Origin: Parabacteroides sp.
Lineage (GTDB): Bacteria > Bacteroidota > Bacteroidia > Bacteroidales > Tannerellaceae
Assembly (NCBI GenBank): GCA_034091205.1
Contig: JAXDRC010000015.1
Span: forward strand, 15,167 to 79,166
Direction: 5' to 3'
Length of the DNA: 64,000 nt
Part shown: positions 47,088-55,765 of the stretch, one piece after another
Layout of the letters: each line of letters opens with the position of its first letter
How positions within the stretch are numbered: the first letter of the stretch is position 1
The notes under the pieces: model-generated
Seen by the model: only the letters and a program-made list of their open reading frames with translations
Database searches by the model: none
What the model was told of the DNA's origin: nothing
Program-made: the position numbers and the translations under genes

Positions 47088-47131
47088 AGTAGACAAGGAT
47101 TCATAATCAGCAATCCTTGTCTACTTTTTTT
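47088..47131. terminator. bidirectional intrinsic terminator
   Basis: AGTAGACAAGGAT (47088-47100) pairs with ATCCTTGTCTACT (47113-47125), with an A-run before and TTTTTTT after. The stem word GTAGACAAGG is one mismatch from the family word GTTGACAAGG. Confidence 0.8.
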
Positions 47132-47149
47132 ACAGAAGCCGAAGAAGCT

Positions 47150-48571
47150 TTATTTTAGTTTAACGACAAAAGTAGTCAGCGATTTTGAAGGAGCAGTAAA
47201 GCTTAATGATCCATTATCTATTCTCATATTCGGAAGAGATTTACAATCTTCTTTTTCACTTGTACGCCACACAGAAACGTCAGACGAAGCAGCTGCTTTT
47301 ATTGCCAAATCTACATTCTCTCCTTTATCAGATTTGTTCAGATAAACTATAACAAGTTCTTTTCCGGATGGAGAAACTGCTGAAAGAGTCTGAGCATTGT
47401 CTGTATCCACAAATATATATCCTTGCTTTATAAAACCTGTAACCTGCTTACGGACATAATAATTCTTCACTTTATGAAACTTCTCTGTTTCGAAGTTTCC
47501 ACGCAGCAAGCACCATTCATTATTGTTTTCTTCCATTATCTGCCAGTCAAGCCAAGCTTGCGGACGCATAATCCTCAAATCATTGAACATTTTCTGTGTC
47601 AATCCAAGATTACTTTCCAAATCAACACCTTCAGAAGGTCCGGTTTCTGATTGCCAGAAAGGTTTACCGGCACGTTCTACAAGTGCGCGGACTGCTTCGC
47701 GCTCCTCATTTGTTCCACTGTAAGTATGAGTATTTAATTGACCTACTTTTTCCCATATATCTCCTGCCTTCTCATAATGCGACTGAACTGTGAGAAAGTG
47801 ATTCAAGTTAGTTTCATCCGATGCGGAAATCACCGTATTCATTCCACTTGATTTTAGCATAGGATAAAGAATACGAATTATCTTGATTTGAGTTTCCGGT
47901 TCGAAATGGCAACCTTCCTGAGTTCCCTCAGCATACCAGTAATTTGAATAAGGTTCGTTGAATGGCTCCAATGTCTTGAATTCTATTCCATATTCATCTT
48001 TGAAATGCAGACACACATCTATCAGATACTTACAGAATGATTCATAATATTCCGGCTTAAGATTATCCTTGAGAGGATCTTTATGTCCTCCGGCACAACC
48101 GCTTACAGTCATCCAATAAGGTGCAGAGTTGGAGAAAGCCTCAAACACAGCATCAGGTCTTTTCTCTTTGATTTTTTGGAGTAATATTCTTTGTCCACGG
48201 TCGGCATTCCAATCATAAGGACTACTCTCCGTAGCCTTGAATCCTTCCATTTCTGCTCTCTTGCCCTTGCCTTTCACCATATGACCGCCAAGATGAGAAG
48301 GATCGTCGCCTCCACCGATATTATATCTGAATATATTCATATTCAGTTCGTCTTCTGAAACAAGCATGTCAACAATGGAATCCACCTTTGATTCTTCCCA
48401 TTTTCCGACTTGTGCAGCCCACCAGCAAAGCGAACTTCCCCAGCCTTCCAGTTTCTGATATTTCACTGAGGGATTTACTTCAACCTTCACAGATTTCCCC
48501 TCATTGTTGTTTGCCGATACAAATCCGGTAAAGGCAAAACATAGTGCTAAAGATAGTAATATGGTTATCAT
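47150..48571 (-). CDS. glycoside hydrolase family 30 enzyme
   Basis: EGWGSSLCWWA is present, the clan GH-A acid/base is LEPFNEP and the nucleophile region is FWQSETGP. A signal peptide is present. Confidence 0.8.
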   Translation of the reverse strand: MITILLSLALCFAFTGFVSANNNEGKSVKVEVNPSVKYQKLEGWGSSLCWWAAQVGKWEESKVDSIVDMLVSEDELNMNIFRYNIGGGDDPSHLGGHMVKGKGKRAEMEGFKATESSPYDWNADRGQRILLQKIKEKRPDAVFEAFSNSAPYWMTVSGCAGGHKDPLKDNLKPEYYESFCKYLIDVCLHFKDEYGIEFKTLEPFNEPYSNYWYAEGTQEGCHFEPETQIKIIRILYPMLKSSGMNTVISASDETNLNHFLTVQSHYEKAGDIWEKVGQLNTHTYSGTNEEREAVRALVERAGKPFWQSETGPSEGVDLESNLGLTQKMFNDLRIMRPQAWLDWQIMEENNNEWCLLRGNFETEKFHKVKNYYVRKQVTGFIKQGYIFVDTDNAQTLSAVSPSGKELVIVYLNKSDKGENVDLAIKAAASSDVSVWRTSEKEDCKSLPNMRIDNGSLSFTAPSKSLTTFVVKLK

Positions 48572-48634
48572 AATATAAATATTGGTATTTTGTAAATATA
48601 GTGATTTTATTTAAGATTTGCAAGTTCTGCATCC

Positions 48635-48660
48635 AGTTGACAAGGGAACAAGTTGACAAG
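48635..48660. repeat. TTGACAAG-family half element
   Basis: AGTTGACAAGGGAACAAGTTGACAAG; the words are 16 nt apart and no right arm is seen. Confidence 0.65.
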
Positions 48661-48677
48661 ACTTAATTATCCGAATA

Positions 48678-49406
48678 TCATTTTTCAACTAGTTTTGCCA
48701 AATAATCATAATGCTCACCTTTCTTCACCAGCTCAGCCTTGAAACCGTATTGCGACGCATAGAGAGAAAGAGTATCGAAATCAATATACAGCCAGTCGAA
48801 TGATTCTCCTTTTATATTCTTATAGCGCATGGAAAAATCCACTTCTCCATAATAGCCGTCTGTACTGTCTATCTCGAAATTGCCATCCTCATCCTCAAAC
48901 AGATATTTCAAATCGCTTGAATCCAACAACACACATCCTCCAGGATTCAGCAAAGTTTTGATGCGCTTGAAAAACTCTCCAATGTTCTGCAAACGTCCGA
49001 TAATTCCGGAACCGTTCATAAGCATCAGAATTGTGTCGAAACGTGAAGTAAACGACAAATCAAACAAATTTATATTTGCAGCATCAACACCTCTTTCACG
49101 CATAACAGCCACTGAAAGTGGAGAAATATCTATAGCAAAAGACTCCTTTCCCATTTCCTTCAAAGCAATGGAATGACATCCGCTTCCGGCTCCGACATCC
49201 AGAATGCTGCCTTTCGCTATCTGCAAAGCCTCCTGCTCAAGAGGTGACATTTCGTTATATGTTCTGAACAAATCTTTTACAGGTATTTCGTCTTCGTCAA
49301 ACTGAGATGAAAAAACGGAAAGTCTGCCTGCTTTCCCATTCTTGAAATAATCACGGATGGCTGCACCCATCGGGTCTTTATCTTCTGTCAGCACTCTATA
49401 GTTCAT
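48678..49406 (-). CDS. class I SAM-dependent methyltransferase
   Basis: Motif I ILDVGAGSGCHS. 242 aa. Confidence 0.8.
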   Translation of the reverse strand: MNYRVLTEDKDPMGAAIRDYFKNGKAGRLSVFSSQFDEDEIPVKDLFRTYNEMSPLEQEALQIAKGSILDVGAGSGCHSIALKEMGKESFAIDISPLSVAVMRERGVDAANINLFDLSFTSRFDTILMLMNGSGIIGRLQNIGEFFKRIKTLLNPGGCVLLDSSDLKYLFEDEDGNFEIDSTDGYYGEVDFSMRYKNIKGESFDWLYIDFDTLSLYASQYGFKAELVKKGEHYDYLAKLVEK

Positions 49407-49431
49407 AAGTATTTATATATTGTAATTACAA

Positions 49432-49893
49432 TTAATAATCCTCATCAATCCCAAACCTTAAAGGAATAACAACCTTTATTGCTTCCAAATCAAAATATGG
49501 CGTAGGCGGATAAATCAAGTCCAGATAACGAAGGTCAAGTGCACAAGGCACTTCTTCAATCCTTACTTTAACAACTCCACCCGACTTGAATTTAAGCTTC
49601 TTTGCAGCAGCCTCAGATAAATCAATTATCCTGCTACGCTGATGAGGTCCTCGGTCTGTCACACAGACAACGACACTCAACATATTCTCAAGATTTGTAA
49701 CTCTCAGAAAAGTTCCAAAAGGATAAGTGCGGTGTGCAGCTGTAAATTCATATCTGTTGTGAATACGCCCACTTGCCGTCATCTTCCCGTGAAAACGATG
49801 ATGATAATACGATGCAAAACCCTCATCCTGGGCATACATTATATTTGACAGGACAAAAAGAAGGAAAAACACCAGAGATGACGATTTTATCAT
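49432..49893 (-). CDS. rlpA: RlpA-family (DPBB domain) septal ring lytic transglycosylase-like protein
   Basis: A signal peptide is followed by GFASYYHHRFHGKMTASG and RVTNLENMLSVVVCVTDRGP. Confidence 0.75.
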   Translation of the reverse strand: MIKSSSLVFFLLFVLSNIMYAQDEGFASYYHHRFHGKMTASGRIHNRYEFTAAHRTYPFGTFLRVTNLENMLSVVVCVTDRGPHQRSRIIDLSEAAAKKLKFKSGGVVKVRIEEVPCALDLRYLDLIYPPTPYFDLEAIKVVIPLRFGIDEDY

Positions 49894-49920
49894 ATTTCAA
49901 TTATTATAAGGTTAATAATA

Positions 49921-49953
49921 AAGTTGACAAGGATTCAGATAATAGTTGACAAT
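49921..49953. repeat. TTGACAAG-family half element
   Basis: AAGTTGACAAGGATTCAGATAATAGTTGACAAT; the words are 22 nt apart. Confidence 0.65.
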
Positions 49954-50095
49954 AACTGTCATTAATTATCAAAGAAAAAAAACAGAGACACCGAAAATAC
50001 AGAATTCTTTGCCTATTCACAGTCAAGTTCTGTATCCTCAGTGTCTCTGCATTAATATAAGAAATTTTCACGCTCCTTATTCAGGCGCATTTTTA

Positions 50096-51457
50096 TTATT
50101 TCAATTCCTCATCATTATACTCTCCAGTCAATGAACCAAGGAAAGCAACAATCTTAGTCATATCTTTATCAGATATAGTTGTTCCAATCTGGAACTCGTG
50201 CATAATGCGTACAGCATCCTCAACACTATTAATCGAACCATCGTGCATATAAGGATAAGTAATCATTATATTACGCAATGTCGGAGTCTTGAACTTATGT
50301 CTGTCGCTCTCGAGCTTAGTCACAGCATAACGTCCGTTGTCACCGTCAGTAAGTCCGGTTCCACGATAATCGAAATAGCTGTTCTTAATACCCATATAAT
50401 CATAAGACTGACCACCGATATTCATACCAACGTGGCAAGTTGCACATTTGTTTTCCTTGAACAAAGCATAACCTTCGATTTCTTCTGCAGTAAGAGCAGA
50501 CTTGTCGCCACGCAAATATTTGTCGAAGCGTGAAGGTGTAAGCAATGTCTTTTCAAACTCAGCAATTGCTTCTGTAATATTTGACTGAGTGAAACCGTCA
50601 GGATAAACTTTCTTGAAGATTTCAGAAAATTCTTTGTCTTCAGCAAGAACGGCACAAATATCATCGAATGACTTATGTCCCATTTCCACCGGGTTCAATG
50701 GAGGTCCGGCAGCCTGTTCTTTCAAGTCAGCAGCACGTCCGTCCCAGAACTGGGCAAAGTTCAAAGCAGAGTTGTAAACTGTTGGAGCATTAACGCCACC
50801 AAACTGTCCGCCAATACCTTCTGAGAACTGCTTGCGATCCACACCACCAGTGTTAAGACCATGGCAAGTTGCACACGAAACAGTGTTGTCAGCAGAAAGA
50901 CGTGTGTCGTGATACAAAGCAAAACCAAGAGCAACTTTAGCAGAATCAGTAGGAATAGATTCCATCAACGGCTGCAAAGGCTCGTTTGCAAATTCATCAC
51001 ATACTGTCGGCGACTTAAAGTTGGCTTTTCTCTCTTCTGCCGCCCAAGCAAGAATCACGGCTTTCTCGTCATTGTCAAGATTGGTTCCCCAATGATTTGG
51101 CATATAAGAGTATTTTGCCGGAGGCATTGAGCCACTCAAGGCAGTGTTTTCTAATTTAGCCAAATCTACTTCTGAAACCTTTCCGCCATTTTCCAATGCT
51201 TCAAGCATTGATGTGAAGTCCACATAGCGTGTTCCCTGAACCATATCATCTGCAACTACTTTGCCAATAACAGGCAATTTGCCATAGAAAGGTACAGGAG
51301 CATTTGCAGAATGGCAGTCCATACAACCGTTTTCGCGGATAATTGAAGCAACTTGTTTTGCCCTATCTCCTTCATACTTTTTGTATTCGGTTGTAGAACA
51401 GCTTACCACTGCACTTGCCAAAAGCGCCAAGCCTACAGGGAGAATAACATTCTTCAT
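50096..51457 (-). CDS. cytochrome c peroxidase (di-haem CCP/MauG family) with an extra N-terminal haem-binding domain
   Basis: Three CxxCH motifs: CMDCHS, CATCHG and CATCHV. A signal peptide/lipobox (VVSC) is present. Confidence 0.9.
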   Translation of the reverse strand: MKNVILPVGLALLASAVVSCSTTEYKKYEGDRAKQVASIIRENGCMDCHSANAPVPFYGKLPVIGKVVADDMVQGTRYVDFTSMLEALENGGKVSEVDLAKLENTALSGSMPPAKYSYMPNHWGTNLDNDEKAVILAWAAEERKANFKSPTVCDEFANEPLQPLMESIPTDSAKVALGFALYHDTRLSADNTVSCATCHGLNTGGVDRKQFSEGIGGQFGGVNAPTVYNSALNFAQFWDGRAADLKEQAAGPPLNPVEMGHKSFDDICAVLAEDKEFSEIFKKVYPDGFTQSNITEAIAEFEKTLLTPSRFDKYLRGDKSALTAEEIEGYALFKENKCATCHVGMNIGGQSYDYMGIKNSYFDYRGTGLTDGDNGRYAVTKLESDRHKFKTPTLRNIMITYPYMHDGSINSVEDAVRIMHEFQIGTTISDKDMTKIVAFLGSLTGEYNDEELK

Positions 51458-51503
51458 ACTTTTTCCGTGTTTTTGTTAATCAATTTTAGTGTTCATTCGT
51501 ATG

Positions 51504-51535
51504 CAAAGATACTGTATTTTTCGAATATTTCGAAA
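51504..51535 (-). promoter_or_regulatory. candidate promoter plus palindromic operator for the peroxidase gene
   Basis: On the minus strand, TATCTTTG (exact TAnnTTTG) is at 51511-51504. The palindrome TTTCGAA-TAT-TTCGAAA at 51519-51535 occupies the spacer and the -33 position. Confidence 0.4.
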
Positions 51536-51676
51536 ATCTGTTCGTCTAATTTACAACAGTATGTATTATCAATATAACAATAACCAAGCCAACTATTTGT
51601 GAAGGTCAAAACATAATCATCGGGATGAAACGGATTTGTTTAAACAAAAAATAATAAGAAAAAAACATTCAAAATA

Positions 51677-51707
51677 TTTGCATTTTAAAATTTAGTCCAT
51701 ACATTTG
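51677..51707 (+). promoter_or_regulatory. Bacteroidetes-type promoter of the trp leader
   Basis: TTTG (51677-51680), a 19-nt spacer, then TACATTTG (51700-51707, exact TAnnTTTG). It lies 40 nt upstream of the leader ATG. Confidence 0.6.
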
Positions 51708-51746
51708 CCAACGAAGTAAAAGAAAACAACGAAATATAAGAATACA

Positions 51747-51809
51747 ATGACAACATTTATCGTAAATACATTTTGGTGGTGGCGCCTCATACAACCCGAA
51801 CGGTCGTAA
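51747..51809 (+). CDS. trpL: trp operon leader peptide (20 aa, three consecutive Trp codons)
   Basis: ATG ACA ACA TTT ATC GTA AAT ACA TTT TGG TGG TGG CGC CTC ATA CAA CCC GAA CGG TCG TAA translates to MTTFIVNTFWWWRLIQPERS. Confidence 0.75.
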   Translation: MTTFIVNTFWWWRLIQPERS

Positions 51810-51878
51810 GAGACGAAGACACTTATGTATATACGAAGATTGATTGATTGAATTCCTGAATATTTAGATTATACAAAA

Positions 51879-51918
51879 AGCGGTCTGTCGCACTTGCGGC
51901 GGACCGCTTTTCTTTTTT
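51879..51918 (+). terminator. attenuator terminator of the trp leader
   Basis: AGCGGTCTGTCGC, loop ACTT, GCGGCGGACCGCT (about 13 bp, GC-rich, including G-T wobbles), followed by TTTTCTTTTTT. Confidence 0.8.
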
Positions 51919-51981
51919 ACACAAATCAAAGAAAATATTCAGGAAATATATCATCACCAAAGATATAAAAACAAGTTATAA

Positions 51982-52098
51982 AGGTTAATCCTAATCTTAA
52001 AACTAAGGCTTAGATTATAAAATCTGAATCTTAGTTTATAAAAACTAAAGCTTAATTCTTAAAAACTAAGGCTTAGTTTTAAGATTAAATGCTAACCT
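51982..52098. repeat. CTAAGGCTTAG-type stuttered hairpin element
   Basis: AGGTTAATCCTAATCTTAAAACTAAGGCTTAG, a loop with an internal CTTAGTTT/AAACTAAAG pair, then CTAAGGCTTAGTTTTAAGATTAAATGCTAACCT. Confidence 0.8.
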
Positions 52099-52147
52099 AT
52101 GGATTTTAAGGGAAAGAATTAATATAAAAAATTAAGTTCCGCATGTG

Positions 52148-52290
52148 TTATAAGTTATGGAATTACAGGAGTTAAAAAAGGAGTTACAGAAGTTAAAGGC
52201 CAATACTATTTGTATCTAAAATCTATCGGCTTTTTAACTTCCGGGCTTTGCGAAGCATAGTCATAACTCCATATTACTCCATATAACTCC
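52148..52290. repeat. GGAGTTA-type stuttered hairpin element (copy 1, upstream of trpB)
   Basis: TTATAAGTTATGGAATTACAGGAGTTAAAAAAGGAGTTACAGAAGTTAAAGGCC, a loop, then GGCTTTTTAACTTCC...CATAACTCCATATTACTCCATATAACTCC. Confidence 0.8.
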
Positions 52291-52293
52291 TAA

Positions 52294-52316
52294 AAGTTGA
52301 ACTTGCGAAACTTGAA
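52294..52316 (+). repeat. conserved terminal box AAGTTGARC(AA)TTGCGAAACTTGAAT
   Basis: AAGTTGAACTTGCGAAACTTGAAT, 15 nt upstream of the trpB ATG. Related copies lie at 11304-11333 (+), 11455-11482 (-) and 11775-11800 (+). Confidence 0.75.
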
Positions 52317-52331
52317 TAAAAATAATATACG

Positions 52332-53525
52332 ATGGATATGAAAACTTATCAAGTTGACGAAAACGGTTTCTATGGTGAATTCGGCGGAGCTTATATTCCA
52401 GAAATACTCCACCGCTGTGTTGATGAATTGCAGCATACATATCTCACAGTGCTGCAGAGTGATGATTTCAAGAAAGAATATGATCAGCTTCTGAGAGATT
52501 ATGTGGGCCGCCCTTCTCCTCTTTATCTGGCAAAAAGATTGAGCAGAAAATATGGATGCCGCATTTATCTGAAACGAGAAGACCTCAACCATACCGGCGC
52601 TCATAAGATAAACAACACTATCGGACAGATTCTGCTGGCTAGAAGAATGGGCAAGAAAAGAATAATTGCCGAAACCGGAGCCGGACAGCACGGTGTTGCA
52701 ACAGCAACCGTATGCGCTCTGATGGATATGGAATGCATTGTGTATATGGGGAAAACTGATGTGGAACGACAAATGCCGAATGTGCAGAAAATGGAAATGC
52801 TCGGTGCAAAAGTAGTTCCGGTAACTTCGGGCAATATGACACTGAAAGACGCGACAAACGAAGCCATCAGAGACTGGTGCTGTCATCCATCGGACACATA
52901 TTATATTATTGGCTCCACTGTCGGTCCTCATCCCTATCCTGATATGGTGGCACGTCTTCAGTCCGTTATCAGCGAGGAAATAAAAAAGCAATTGATGGAA
53001 AAAGAAGGACGCGATTATCCCGATTATCTCATTGCCTGCGTTGGCGGAGGAAGCAATGCTGCCGGAACTATTTACCACTATCTGGACGACGAACGTGTCA
53101 AGATTGTCCTTGCCGAAGCTGGTGGACTGGGAATTACAACCGGGAAAAGCGCAGCGACAATTCACCTCGGCAAGAAAGGTGTTATCCATGGTTCAAAAAC
53201 TTTGGTGATACAGAACGAGGACGGGCAAATTGAAGAGCCTTATTCAATTTCCGCAGGTCTGGACTATCCTGGTATCGGTCCGATGCACGCAAACCTTTCT
53301 GCTTCGATGAGGGCAAAAGTGCTTGCCATAAACGATGATGAAGCTCTTAAGGCAGCATTCGAACTGACAAGAACTGAAGGCATAATTCCCGCACTCGAAA
53401 GTTCACATGCTCTAGCAGCGTTGGAGAAGATAAACTTTAAGGCTGATGACGTTGTTGTTCTCACAGTTTCGGGACGAGGTGACAAAGATATGGAAACTTA
53501 CATCAAAGCAAAATCTACGTTATGA
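52332..53525 (+). CDS. trpB: tryptophan synthase beta chain
   Basis: PLP-lysine motif [11 protein letters not shown]. 397 aa. Confidence 0.95.
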   Translation: MDMKTYQVDENGFYGEFGGAYIPEILHRCVDELQHTYLTVLQSDDFKKEYDQLLRDYVGRPSPLYLAKRLSRKYGCRIYLKREDLNHTGAHKINNTIGQILLARRMGKKRIIAETGAGQHGVATATVCALMDMECIVYMGKTDVERQMPNVQKMEMLGAKVVPVTSGNMTLKDATNEAIRDWCCHPSDTYYIIGSTVGPHPYPDMVARLQSVISEEIKKQLMEKEGRDYPDYLIACVGGGSNAAGTIYHYLDDERVKIVLAEAGGLGITTGKSAATIHLGKKGVIHGSKTLVIQNEDGQIEEPYSISAGLDYPGIGPMHANLSASMRAKVLAINDDEALKAAFELTRTEGIIPALESSHALAALEKINFKADDVVVLTVSGRGDKDMETYIKAKSTL

Positions 53526-54925
53526 AATACAAATTCAATACCAATAGCAAACAAGTGCTTGGAGACTTACAGACTCCGGTAAGTATTTATCTGAAAGTTC
53601 GTGACATTTATCCTGAATCAGCATTGCTGGAAAGTTCGGATTTCCACGGTAATTCAAACAGTCTTTCTTATATCGCACTGTGTCCGTTGGCACGTGTGAG
53701 TGTTAACAGCAATATCTGCTCTTTCACTTTCCCGGACGGGAACAAAGAGGAAAAGGCATTAAACGAAAATTATGACGTGGCGTGCGGCATAAATGAGTTT
53801 CTTGGAAAATTCCTTATCGAAGGAGAAGACAAAGATAAATATGGTTTATTCGGCTACACAGCATTTGATGCCGTGAAATATTTTGAGCCGGTGGATATAA
53901 AAGAATTTCATCATAACGAGAATGATGCTCCGGATATGCTATATATAATGTATAAGTATATCATAATTTTCGACCATTTCAAGAACGAGCTGAAACTTGT
54001 GGAATTGCTTTCAGACGGAGAAAAGTCAAATCTGCAAAGTCTGGAAACAATGATAAACAACAGAAATTATGCTTCATATAATTTCTATCGCAATGGAGAA
54101 GAAACATCGCCGGTGAGCGATGAGGAATACAAGGAAATGGTTCGCCGCGGAATATCTCACTGTCTGCGTGGCGACGTATTCCAGATAGTGCTGAGCCGTA
54201 GTTTTGCCCAGCCGTTCAGAGGCGACGATTTTAAAGTTTACAGAGCATTGCGAAGCATAAATCCATCACCTTATCTTTTCTATTTCGATTTCGGCGGTTT
54301 CCGCATTTTCGGTTCTTCTCCGGAAACTCACTGCAAAATAGAAAAAGGAACGGCAAGTATCGACCCGATTGCCGGAACAGCTTTCAGAACCGGCAATGCG
54401 GATGAGGACAAGAAACTGACAGAGGCTTTGCTTAACGACCCGAAAGAAAATGCCGAACACGTGATGCTTGTTGACCTGGCACGAAATGACCTTTCAAGGA
54501 ATTGCCGGAATGTTTCAGTAAACTTCTACAAGGAAGTGCAATACTACAGCCATGTCATACATCTGGTTTCAAGAGTTTGCGGCGAAGTAAAAGACGACAG
54601 TTCTTCAATAAAGACATATATCGACACATTTCCTGCCGGAACACTGAGCGGAGCTCCAAAAGTGCGTGCGATGCAGCTCATAAGCGAAATTGAGAAAAAC
54701 AACCGCGGAGCCTATGGCGGATGCATTGGTTTCATCGGGTTCAACGGTGATTTGAATCAGGCAATAACAATACGTTCATTTGTGAGTCGCGGGAACACGT
54801 TGTTCTATCAGGCTGGTGCTGGCATTGTGGCAAAGAGCAATCCGGAAAGAGAATTGCAGGAAGTAAACAACAAGCTCGGCGCATTGAAAAAAGCAATATC
54901 TTTGGCAGAAAACATTATTAACTGA
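53522..54925 (+). CDS. trpE: anthranilate synthase component I
   Basis: [15 protein letters not shown] and [12 protein letters not shown]. It overlaps the trpB stop by 4 nt. Confidence 0.95.
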   Translation: MKYKFNTNSKQVLGDLQTPVSIYLKVRDIYPESALLESSDFHGNSNSLSYIALCPLARVSVNSNICSFTFPDGNKEEKALNENYDVACGINEFLGKFLIEGEDKDKYGLFGYTAFDAVKYFEPVDIKEFHHNENDAPDMLYIMYKYIIIFDHFKNELKLVELLSDGEKSNLQSLETMINNRNYASYNFYRNGEETSPVSDEEYKEMVRRGISHCLRGDVFQIVLSRSFAQPFRGDDFKVYRALRSINPSPYLFYFDFGGFRIFGSSPETHCKIEKGTASIDPIAGTAFRTGNADEDKKLTEALLNDPKENAEHVMLVDLARNDLSRNCRNVSVNFYKEVQYYSHVIHLVSRVCGEVKDDSSSIKTYIDTFPAGTLSGAPKVRAMQLISEIEKNNRGAYGGCIGFIGFNGDLNQAITIRSFVSRGNTLFYQAGAGIVAKSNPERELQEVNNKLGALKKAISLAENIIN

Positions 54926-54995
54926 AATTCCGCCATTCATTACTATAAGCAGATGTTCTAAATTATTTTTATAAGAGAAGTTTGTCTGAGCTCAC

Positions 54996-55113
54996 TCTTA
55001 TAGGAGTTATAAGAAGTTACAGGAAGTTAAAAGCCGATTGATTTCAGATATAGATAGTATTAGCCTTTAACTCCTATTACTCCTTTTAACTCCTCTAACT
55101 CCATAAGTTATAC
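54996..55113. repeat. GGAGTTA-type stuttered hairpin element (copy 2, between trpE and trpG)
   Basis: CTTATAGGAGTTATAAGAAGTTACAGGAAGTTAAAAGCC, a 27-nt loop, then GCCTTTAACTCCTATTACTCCTTTTAACTCCTCTAACTCCATAAGTTATA. Confidence 0.85.
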
Positions 55114-55193
55114 AACATAAATTATAAAATTAATATTGAACTGCTACTTATGATATAATGACGGAAAGATTACAAACACAAAATATCAACGAT

Positions 55194-55760
55194 ATGAAAA
55201 TCTTATTATTCGACAATTATGACTCTTTCACATATAATTTGCTTCACATACTGAAAGAACTTGGAGCAGATACGGAAGTTCACCGCAACGACAAAATATC
55301 TCTTGAAGAAGTGGATCGCTTCGACAAGATACTTCTTTCTCCGGGACCTGGAATCCCGTCGGAAGCAGGAATACTTCTTCCTCTTATCCGCAAATATTCA
55401 CCGACCAAAAGTATTCTTGGTGTATGCCTCGGCGAGCAGGCAATCGGCGAAGCATTTGGAGCGAAACTGATAAATCTGAAGGAAGTGCATCACGGAATCA
55501 GTTCGGAAGTGGAAGTTTGCAAGGATGATACTTTGTTTGAAGGCATAGGCAAAAGATTTATGGCAGGAAGATACCATTCATGGGTAGTTTCAAAAGAAGA
55601 TTTTCCGGACTGTCTGGAAATAACGGCAACTACAATAGCCGATGGTGAAATAATGGCATTGCGACACAAGGAATATGATGTACGCGGCATTCAATTTCAT
55701 CCGGAATCAATACTGACTCCCGAAGGAAAGAAAATGATAGAAAACTGGATTAAAATGTGA
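55194..55760 (+). CDS. trpG: anthranilate synthase component II (glutamine amidotransferase)
   Basis: MKILLFDNYDSFTYNL, catalytic Cys in GVCLGEQAI, and IQFHPES. Start trimmed to 55194. Confidence 0.9.
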   Translation: MKILLFDNYDSFTYNLLHILKELGADTEVHRNDKISLEEVDRFDKILLSPGPGIPSEAGILLPLIRKYSPTKSILGVCLGEQAIGEAFGAKLINLKEVHHGISSEVEVCKDDTLFEGIGKRFMAGRYHSWVVSKEDFPDCLEITATTIADGEIMALRHKEYDVRGIQFHPESILTPEGKKMIENWIKM

Positions 55761-55765
55761 GCGCA

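Noticed and set aside
52290-53189. 299-aa ORF on the minus strand overlapping trpB
   Set aside because: It lies antisense to an unambiguous trpB, which has the PLP-lysine motif and sits in the operon context. Its translation is Cys/His/Phe-rich, low in complexity and has no recognisable motif. The long antisense frame is most likely a by-product of trpB codon usage.
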